DNA of 49,998 nt, from positions 1 through 49,998 of the IMG/VR virus record IMGVR_UViG_3300031628_000005. One strand, given 5' to 3'. Position numbers and translations under genes: made by a program. The notes beneath the pieces were generated by a model, which saw only the letters and a list, made by a program, of their open reading frames with translations, did no database searches and was not told the origin of the DNA. Below are positions 16,044 through 23,900 of the stretch, piece after piece. This stretch comes from a virus. Its lineage: Duplodnaviria > Caudoviricetes. Positions within the stretch are counted from its first letter, which is position 1. Each line of letters opens with the position of its first letter.

Positions 16044-17011
16044 TGGGATTATTCGATGAGCGCATAGCGTACAAACCATTTGAATATCCTGAATATTACA
16101 CAGAAGGTTGGTTAAAACAAGCACAAGCATTTTGGTTACATACTGAAATCTCAATGCAAAGCGATATAAAAGATTGGAATGAAAAACTTAATAAAAAAGA
16201 AAAACACCTCGTCGGGAACATACTTCTTGGATTCGCACAAACGGAATGCGCGGTATCAGACTATTGGACCCAGAACGTTGTATCGTGGTTTCCTAAGCAC
16301 GAAATAAAACAAATGGCAATGATGTTTGGATCACAGGAAACTGTGCATGCTGTAGCGTACAGCTATCTAAACGAAACTTTAAAATTAGAAAATTATGAAG
16401 CTTTTTTACATGAACCCGCTACTGCTGAGCGGTTTGATAATCTGGTTGCTTACAGCGGTAAGTCTACTATTGGTATTGCGAAATCGTTGGCAGTATTTAG
16501 TGCGTTCGCGGAAGGTGTTAGCTTATATTCTGCTTTTGCTGTACTGTATTCATTTCAGTTACGCAATTTACTTAAAGGTATAGGGCAACAAATGAAATGG
16601 TCAGTAAGAGATGAATCTCTTCATAGCAAAATGGGATGTAAATTATTTCGCGATATGTGCAATGAAGATAATCAATTACTGCATTTGTGCCGAGAAGATA
16701 TAATAAAAGCCGCTGAAACAATGGTAAAACTAGAAGCTAAATACATTGAAAAAATGTTTGAAGCTGGAGACATTGAAGGAATATCAGCAAATGATTTAAA
16801 ACACTTTATAAAAAAGAGAACAAATGAAAAACTTGTGGAACTCGGTTATGTTGACCTTGGATCGTATTTTGCGTATGACGTTAAAGCAGCGGCTAATCTT
16901 GATTGGTTCTATCATCTTACCGGCGGGGTCACTCATACTGATTTTTTCGCGACTAGGCCAACTGATTACTCAAAGGCTGGCGAAGGCGAAGACTTTGAAG
17001 ATATTTGGTAA
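16043..17011 (+). CDS. nrdB: class Ia ribonucleotide reductase beta subunit
   Basis: FW...EI, ETVHAVAYS (radical Tyr), EGVSLYSAF, RDESLH and DFF..R.TDY.K motifs. Confidence 0.95.
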   Translation: MGLFDERIAYKPFEYPEYYTEGWLKQAQAFWLHTEISMQSDIKDWNEKLNKKEKHLVGNILLGFAQTECAVSDYWTQNVVSWFPKHEIKQMAMMFGSQETVHAVAYSYLNETLKLENYEAFLHEPATAERFDNLVAYSGKSTIGIAKSLAVFSAFAEGVSLYSAFAVLYSFQLRNLLKGIGQQMKWSVRDESLHSKMGCKLFRDMCNEDNQLLHLCREDIIKAAETMVKLEAKYIEKMFEAGDIEGISANDLKHFIKKRTNEKLVELGYVDLGSYFAYDVKAAANLDWFYHLTGGVTHTDFFATRPTDYSKAGEGEDFEDIW

Positions 17012-17088
17012 GATTGACATAACTGAAGAAGAAATATACAAAGATCTTAACTGGAATGGCGTGAGAGATTTTGTTAAAAAAAACAACA

Positions 17089-17328
17089 ATGAAAGGACAA
17101 AAACAAAGTAGAACAGATTTATTAGAAAAAAAACAGCAAGCTTTAATTGGTGTTGTACAACAATTATTAGATGAGAATGCTTATATAAAAGACTTAGCTG
17201 TAGGTACATTAGAAACAATTAAACAAATGCCAGATTATGAAAATGCAATTGACAAACTTAAGTCAAAACTTGCTGAAGAATCTAGTAAGGCAGAAGAGGC
17301 TAAGCCCTTGGAAGCGACTAGCGACTAG
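17089..17328 (+). CDS. coiled-coil hypothetical protein
   Basis: ATG 17089 after an A-rich leader, 79 aa. Confidence 0.6.
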   Translation: MKGQKQSRTDLLEKKQQALIGVVQQLLDENAYIKDLAVGTLETIKQMPDYENAIDKLKSKLAEESSKAEEAKPLEATSD

Positions 17329-17503
17329 AGCAGGATATATGGGAGCTGGTTTTTTAATAGCAGCACAATGGACATTAGAACCTAGGCTTTATATCCTAGG
17401 TTTTATATGTGTAATGGTGCAAACAGCTTCAAGAAAACAATGGAATTTAGTAGCTTTAAATCTTAATGGTTTAATAGCTTGGACAAAACACTTTATAGTA
17501 TAA
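17237..17503 (+). CDS. small membrane protein
   Basis: Hydrophobic segments GYMGAGFLIAAQW, LYILGFICVMV and LVALNLNGLIAW. Start uncertain (17237 or 17339). Confidence 0.55.
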   Translation: MKMQLTNLSQNLLKNLVRQKRLSPWKRLATRAGYMGAGFLIAAQWTLEPRLYILGFICVMVQTASRKQWNLVALNLNGLIAWTKHFIV

Positions 17504-17506
17504 AAT

Positions 17507-19225
17507 ATGTGGAATAATGAATGGATTAAAGGAGAAGATTACCCTACGTGGGGTAATACAGACGTATACAAGAAGACTATATCCGGGGGATATTTATTTG
17601 ACGGAGAAACGCCTCGTGAAGCATACACCCGCGTCAGTAAAACAGTTGCTCGTAGACTTTATAAGCCTGAAATGGCTGAAAAGTTTTTTGAGTACATATG
17701 GAATGGCTGGCTTTGTCTTGCTAGTCCAGTGCTTAGTAATACTGGTACTGATAGAGGTCTTCCTATATCATGCTTTGGGATTGATGTGGCAGACAGTATA
17801 CAAGACATAGGTCAAAAGAATTTAGAAATGATGCTACTCGCTAAGCACGGCGGTGGAGTTGGTATCGGTATAAATCAAATAAGACCCGCCGGCGCTAGAA
17901 TTACAGGAAATGGAACATCAGACGGAGTTGTGCCCTTTTGCAAGATATATGACAGCACAATACTTGCAACAAACCAAGGATCAGTCAGAAGAGGTGCTGC
18001 ATCCGTTAATATTAACATTGAGCATGATGATTTTGAAGAATGGCTTGAAATACGGGAGCCCAAAGGAGATGTTAACAGACAAAGCCTTAATTTACACCAA
18101 TGCGCAATTATTGGTGATAAATTTATGCGAAAGCTTGAGCAAGGAGATGCTGAGGCTAGAAATAAATGGAGTAAGTTGCTTAGAAAACGAAAAGCAACTG
18201 GAGAGCCGTATATTATGTTTAAAGGAAACGTTAATAAAAAAAATCCAAAAGCATACAAAGAAAACGGATTAAAAGTACATATGACAAACATATGTTCAGA
18301 AATTGCATTACACACAGATGAAAACCACAGCTTTGTATGTTGTTTATCATCATTAAACTTAGCAAAATATGACGAATGGAAAGACACTAATATTATTTAT
18401 GACGCCATATGGTTTCTTGACGGTGTTATGGAAGAATTTATTCAAAGGGCGAAAGGATTACGCGGCTTCGAAAATTCTATACGATCTGCACAAAAAGGGC
18501 GTGCACTCGGCCTGGGTGTCCTCGGATGGCACACATATTTACAAGAGAAGGGTATTCCTTTCGAAGGTTTATTATCTCAGTTTGAAACTAGGAAAATATT
18601 TTCGCAAATTAAAATTGAAAGTGAAAGAGCTTCCATGGCACTTGCGGAAACTTACGGAGAGCCTTTGTGGTGCGCTGGGACTGGCGTACGTAATACTCAT
18701 CTTCGTGCTGTTGCTCCTACCGTTAGCAATAGTAAGCTCAGTGGCAACGTCTCGGCGGGAATAGAACCTTGGGCTGCTAATGTTTTTACAGAGCAATCAG
18801 CTAAAGGTACTTTTATACGTAAAAACCCTACACTGGTTAAACTTTTAAGAAAACATAAAATAAACACAAATGAAATATGGAATAAGATATTGGCTGACGG
18901 TGGTTCTGTCCAAGATGTTGCTGAGCTTGATAATATTATTATGGGCCACGACATCCCTGCAAAGGAAGTATTTAAAACTTTTAAAGAAATTAATCAACTC
19001 GAATTAGTTAATCAAGCTGGATTGAGACAGCAGTATGTAGATCAATCAGTTAGTTTAAACTTAGCTTTCCCAAGCGTAGCAACGCCTAAATGGCTTAATA
19101 AGGTGCATTTCGAGGCTTGGAAAAAAGGAGTTAAGACTTTATATTATACAAGAACAGAAAGCGTCTTACGGGGCGATATTGCAGCCACAGCAATGAATGA
19201 AGATTGTTTGGCGTGTGATGGTTAA
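17507..19225 (+). CDS. nrdA: class Ia ribonucleotide reductase alpha subunit (no ATP cone)
   Basis: SPVLSN, ISCF, GGGVG, RRGA, TNICSEI, CCLSSLNL, APTVS, KTLYY and C-terminal CLAC. Confidence 0.96.
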   Translation: MWNNEWIKGEDYPTWGNTDVYKKTISGGYLFDGETPREAYTRVSKTVARRLYKPEMAEKFFEYIWNGWLCLASPVLSNTGTDRGLPISCFGIDVADSIQDIGQKNLEMMLLAKHGGGVGIGINQIRPAGARITGNGTSDGVVPFCKIYDSTILATNQGSVRRGAASVNINIEHDDFEEWLEIREPKGDVNRQSLNLHQCAIIGDKFMRKLEQGDAEARNKWSKLLRKRKATGEPYIMFKGNVNKKNPKAYKENGLKVHMTNICSEIALHTDENHSFVCCLSSLNLAKYDEWKDTNIIYDAIWFLDGVMEEFIQRAKGLRGFENSIRSAQKGRALGLGVLGWHTYLQEKGIPFEGLLSQFETRKIFSQIKIESERASMALAETYGEPLWCAGTGVRNTHLRAVAPTVSNSKLSGNVSAGIEPWAANVFTEQSAKGTFIRKNPTLVKLLRKHKINTNEIWNKILADGGSVQDVAELDNIIMGHDIPAKEVFKTFKEINQLELVNQAGLRQQYVDQSVSLNLAFPSVATPKWLNKVHFEAWKKGVKTLYYTRTESVLRGDIAATAMNEDCLACDG

Positions 19226-19229
19226 AATC

Positions 19230-19261
19230 AAAAAAGGGCTCTCGTAATTGAGGGCCCTTTC
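19230..19261. terminator. bidirectional intrinsic terminator between convergent arms
   Basis: AAAAAAGGGCTCTC-GTAATT-GAGGGCCCTTT hairpin just after the nrdA stop. Confidence 0.8.
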
Positions 19262-19311
19262 TGGTTACAGGAACTATTAGGTATGGTACGCCTATTTATC
19301 TTGTTCCTTTT

Positions 19312-19563
19312 TTATTTTTTATATTTACTTACTCTTCCTTTAGTATTTTTTTCTTTTCTAGCCGCAGCTTTTTCAGCAGGAGTTAATTCACTCCAGGTTG
19401 AAGGTGTATCTTTTGATACCTTTACAGTAGGTCTAAAGGTGTTTTCATTTGTTTCGCTATAGTCTTCTTTCCCGCTAGGTGTTTCCCATTTTTCTTTAAA
19501 CCAACGTTTAAGGGCTAAACCTTCTTTAGTTTTTCTAACTTTACTAAATGGTGATTGATACAT
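19312..19563 (-). CDS. small basic late protein
   Basis: 83 aa, K-rich, LKRWFKEKW motif. Confidence 0.65.
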   Translation of the reverse strand: MYQSPFSKVRKTKEGLALKRWFKEKWETPSGKEDYSETNENTFRPTVKVSKDTPSTWSELTPAEKAAARKEKNTKGRVSKYKK

Positions 19564-19808
19564 TATTTTTTACTTTTATTACCCCAGTTAGCAGCACCTA
19601 CTTTTCTACATTTAGCCATAGCACCACTTCTATATGCTGAATTTTTTGGGCCATATCTAGCAACTACTTTTTTGTAGCATGCATCTTTTAATTCTAAAGG
19701 TGATTCCATATCTTTAATATGGCTATCAATTTCTTTAGATTGCTTTAAATGCATTTTAGATGCGCCCTCTAGTTCTTTAACTATTTCTGATAATCTTCCT
19801 TTTTTCAT
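19563..19808 (-). CDS. small basic late protein
   Basis: 81 aa, KDACYKKV..RY..SAY.SGA..KCRK motif. Confidence 0.65.
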   Translation of the reverse strand: MKKGRLSEIVKELEGASKMHLKQSKEIDSHIKDMESPLELKDACYKKVVARYGPKNSAYRSGAMAKCRKVGAANWGNKSKK

Positions 19809-19818
19809 TACTTTATAT

Positions 19819-20172
19819 TTAGTATCCCCAAATTAAATCTTGAGATTTTGTTTTATCGATATCTACATGTATAAATGATCCTGCTATACCCATTCTTCTA
19901 AATCCTGCTTTTAATAATAAATTTACTAGAGCAAATCTATCTTTTGAATTTTTGCAAGATATATCAACGGCTAGCCCTTTTAAATGGGAAGAATTTGGCA
20001 CACCACCTATTTTTTTATTTCTAGCTTCTGTTCGATAACCAGAGTTTATTTTAATAGGTTTTCCGTATTCTTTCCTAACAGCATCTAACATATGCAAAAT
20101 TTCCTTATGCATTTTAGCTCCGCTACCTGGTTCGTCTGACGAATCAAATTCCTCTAATTTAAAATATTTCAT
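19819..20172 (-). CDS. endolysin, peptidase M15 family
   Basis: INSGYRT...N...GG...SSHLKGLAVDI...FIHVD zinc ligands. Confidence 0.88.
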   Translation of the reverse strand: MKYFKLEEFDSSDEPGSGAKMHKEILHMLDAVRKEYGKPIKINSGYRTEARNKKIGGVPNSSHLKGLAVDISCKNSKDRFALVNLLLKAGFRRMGIAGSFIHVDIDKTKSQDLIWGY

Positions 20173-20173
20173 G

Positions 20174-20473
20174 CTAATCTGATATTAAAGCTTGTAAAGA
20201 ATAAGATTTGCCATTATACTCAATGGTAGGAGTTTCAAGACTATCCTTAAAAAACTTATTTTTTTGTGATTTTTTTTCAGAATTAGTCAAGCCTCCTAAA
20301 CGACCGCTACTATTAGCTTCAAAGTTGTTATATTTTTTTATCATACTCATAGCCTTCTCGTACTGAGGATGTGTTTTTTTGTCACCTTCAGGTATTGGAT
20401 TATTATTCCAATTAACCCTTGTGTCTGTGTCTTTCTTTTTACCAATAAATTTTTGATATAATCCTGATTCCAT
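20174..20473 (-). CDS. hypothetical late protein
   Basis: 99-aa K-rich ORF tightly packed in the operon. Confidence 0.6.
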   Translation of the reverse strand: MESGLYQKFIGKKKDTDTRVNWNNNPIPEGDKKTHPQYEKAMSMIKKYNNFEANSSGRLGGLTNSEKKSQKNKFFKDSLETPTIEYNGKSYSLQALISD

Positions 20474-20475
20474 AA

Positions 20476-20763
20476 TTATTTTTTTTCTTTATGTTTATTA
20501 CAGAAGCTGCTAGCCGCTCCAACGCTTCCAAATCCCCATTTTTTTAATGCCATAGCTTTTCTTGTGGGCTCTCCTTTAGCGTCTTTCATAGCTCCAGCCA
20601 TGCCTGCAAATCTGCATGCAAAAGATACTCTACGTTTTCCTGTACCAGATGTTTGTCTAGTCCCTAAAGTTTTACCTGTTTCTTTTTTGTACTTAGATCG
20701 CATTTTGCGATTAGACTTTTCATAAGCTTGCTCTTTTATAAAAAGCGGCGAGTTGTTTTCCAT
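20476..20763 (-). CDS. small basic late protein
   Basis: 95 aa, RRVSFACRF.GM...ALKKW motif. Confidence 0.65.
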   Translation of the reverse strand: MENNSPLFIKEQAYEKSNRKMRSKYKKETGKTLGTRQTSGTGKRRVSFACRFAGMAGAMKDAKGEPTRKAMALKKWGFGSVGAASSFCNKHKEKK

Positions 20764-20766
20764 TAT

Positions 20767-20919
20767 TTATTTTTTTTTAAGTTTTACCCATTTTGTTACT
20801 GTGTATCCAATGGTTACAAGAAGCAAAGTAATTTTTAACCAAGTTTCTATATGACCAAAGGTTGTTATTCCAACAACTCCGAAACTCATTGCATACATTT
20901 TAATATCCGATATACTCAT
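20767..20919 (-). CDS. putative holin (50 aa)
   Basis: MSISDIKMYAMSFGVVGITTFGHIETWLKITLLLVTIGYTVTKWVKLKKK: hydrophobic segments with a basic tail. TAATG-coupled to the giant gene and near the endolysin. Not in the ORF track. Confidence 0.55.
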   Translation of the reverse strand: MSISDIKMYAMSFGVVGITTFGHIETWLKITLLLVTIGYTVTKWVKLKKK

Positions 20920-23900
20920 TATTTGTTTTTAGGCATTAGTTCTAATATTTTATTTACTCTGTTTTTTTCGTATTGTAAAGCTCTTATTTGTTTTTTAGTT
21001 AAACCATATTTAAGTAATGTTTTTACTTGGTCAGGTTTGTTTTCATCTTTAATAGAATCAAATTGTCTTCTAAGCCTTCTTTCAGCACTTTCGTTTTTAG
21101 GTTTTGCTTTTACTTTAGGTGTTGGTTTAGTTTCTTCTTTTATTTCTTCTTTAACTTTAACTTCTTCTTTAGGATTAGCTTCTGCATTTTGCAGCTCTAT
21201 AATTTTTTCAACTCTAACTTGTTCTTTACCTAAAGCTTTTATTTCTTTTTTAGTTAATCCTAAATCTAATAACATATCAATTTGCTCTTTAGTTTTAGTA
21301 AGCTTTTTCATGTCATCAATTTCTTTTACTTTTTCTTCCTCAGGCGTTAATACTTTAGCTGCATCAAATCCTCCGTAATAACCTAAACCTACATCCCAAG
21401 TAGACCAACCAAGACCTAAAGCAACTTTTTGCCAAAGAGAAGACTGTTCGCTTACAATACCTCGCATGCTATTTAGCTTTTTAATAACTCTATCCAGCGG
21501 AATATTAGTAAGACCGGTTGTTATTTGAGCACCTGCTAAATAAGCTGGGTTATCTAAACTTAAACCTTTGTTTTTAATGTCTTTCATGTTCCAGCTAAAG
21601 CTTCTAAGCCCACCGTTTATTTTTTGTATTTTAGAACCAAGTGGTGGTGAAAAACCTAATAAATCAAATACAGCCTCTTCATACGCAGGACGATTCTTAG
21701 CATGCTGCTTACCTAATTCCATCAAAGCACTTTTTATTGCAACTACTGCTGCTCCACCTATGCCTAATCCTTTTAATTGTGAATCAATCATACCGTTAGC
21801 TATTCTTGAAATCTTTTCGCTTTTCTTAGCGTCTTGTTGTTCTTCATCTTCATCTTCACCAAATCCTAAAGCAAATACAGCTTGTTGCAATGCATTAAAT
21901 ATTAAATTTTGCACCGCCCCGTAATAAACAATTTTAGATACATTTGTTTTCCAATCACCTCTGCCATTTGCAATATCCTGCGCTGCTCTTTTTTGTATAC
22001 GAGCATACTGCATTGGTGTATTTGCCCAAGCTAATATAACACGACCTGCTCCAGATGCTTGTTGTTGGCTAATTCTATTCGGATTACTTGATTGCTGACT
22101 TTCTTCTGCTATTTGTCTAAAATCTTCAAAAGCTTGTGCTTCTGCAGCCTTTTGTTCCATCCCTTTAGCAACTAAAGCTTTTACTCTGTTTCTATAAAAT
22201 GTAGAACCACCTGTTGCAATAGCAAAACTATCTGCAAATCTAGTCATAACAAAACCTTTACTTAGTAAAAACGCTATAGCTGATTTAACTTTGTTATTTG
22301 AATCTCTCACAGCATCTGCAATTTCAGATTCACTTACATTAATCTTAAGGCCATTTCTACGTTCAACTAAATAGTCAGAGTTCATTAGCGTCATGAAGTC
22401 ACCCCAAAATTGTTTTTGATTTGCAAATGCTGCACCTGCTTTAACTATATTATTATCACCCCAGTTTATAAAGTTTACCGCAGATATAGTTTGTAAAAGC
22501 GCAGAACGCGTGTTTAAGAACATTACAGCACCCACAGAATTGTTTAGCCAATCTAATATGCCGTCTGTTACACTGTTCCCGCCTGGCGGCCTGTTGCTTC
22601 CAGACTTCATTCTACGTATAGAATCTTCTAAAGCATTACGCCATCTAGTTCCATACGCAGCTTCCATTTTATTTAAATTATCTTCAGAAAATATAATATT
22701 AATGTTTTCTCTCCATTCTTGCTGATATTCAGCTCTGTTAACTTTATTAATATCATTTATAATATCACCAGTAATGTTGCCGCCTAACCAGCTTTTGCCT
22801 GGTTTTGGATATGGTTTACCTTTTTGAATTTTCATTAACTCATCAGTAAAAACGCTAAGCTCAGCATTGTTATCTACAAAATCGTTTAATTCTTTTATAT
22901 CTTTTTTAGATAACCCGGGTATATCCATACCTTGTTTTGACCACACGGCTACACGAACGGCATGCGAAAATGTAAATCCTCCTATACCTGTTGGTTTACT
23001 TAAACTTTTAGGTAAAGTTTTTAAGTTTTGTTTTAATGCTTTAAAATCATTTGCCGCAGCTATCTTAGCTTGCGTTACAGCCGACTCAGCTCTATCATAA
23101 GGATCAAGTAAGTTTGTTTTAAGAAATGCCATTTGAGCATCACCTTTTTTGCCTTTACCTAACATTTTATATAACAAACCTGTAAAGTCTTCAGCGCTTG
23201 CGGGAATAAAGAAATTAAATCGACCTTTACTAGCGCCCACTGTTTGAGCTCTCGCAGCAGAATATTGTTTATATGTTTCAATTCCAGAAGAATCTTCAAT
23301 CATATCATTTACGATAGTATCAAAAGTTTCTAGTTTGCTTTCTTTTGCCAATTGAACTTTAGATTTAACATCAATTTGACTAAGCACATTTTTTACAGCT
23401 TGTACATTTTTAATTGCATCATCTGCAAAGTAAAAATCATTATAGCCTTCTGCGGCTTTACCCATTATCCAGCCAGCTTTTGCTTCAGCTGTACCGTCAC
23501 CTAGACCTGTTATGTTTTTTAAAGGTATATTAATACCGTTTGCTTCCATAAAAGCTTTTATAGGACCATCAGCATTTTGAGGCCTTGCTGTAAGTATAAA
23601 TACATCTTCAGTTCCTCTAGCATCTGCTATTTTTTGAGCAACTTCAAACAAAGGACCTTTTTTGCCTTCGACAACTTTGCTAAATTGTGTAAAATCAAAC
23701 TCAGCACCTTGAGACTCAAGATTTGAGGCTTGTTGAGCAAATTGCGTAGCATTTATTTGATTAGTAGAACCGTCAGGCATATTAACAATAACCATGCTTT
23801 TCGACTTTGCAAGTGTATCATCAAAATCAAACACTCTAATTTTTTTAACAGGAGCGTTTAGTTTTCTAGCATTGTTTAAAGCTTTATCAGTTTTTTCTAA

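Noticed and set aside
17517-18764. Three +1-frame ORFs (97, 120, 131 aa) within nrdA
   Set aside because: Interrupted by stops, no recognisable motifs or leaders. Probably codon-usage shadows.
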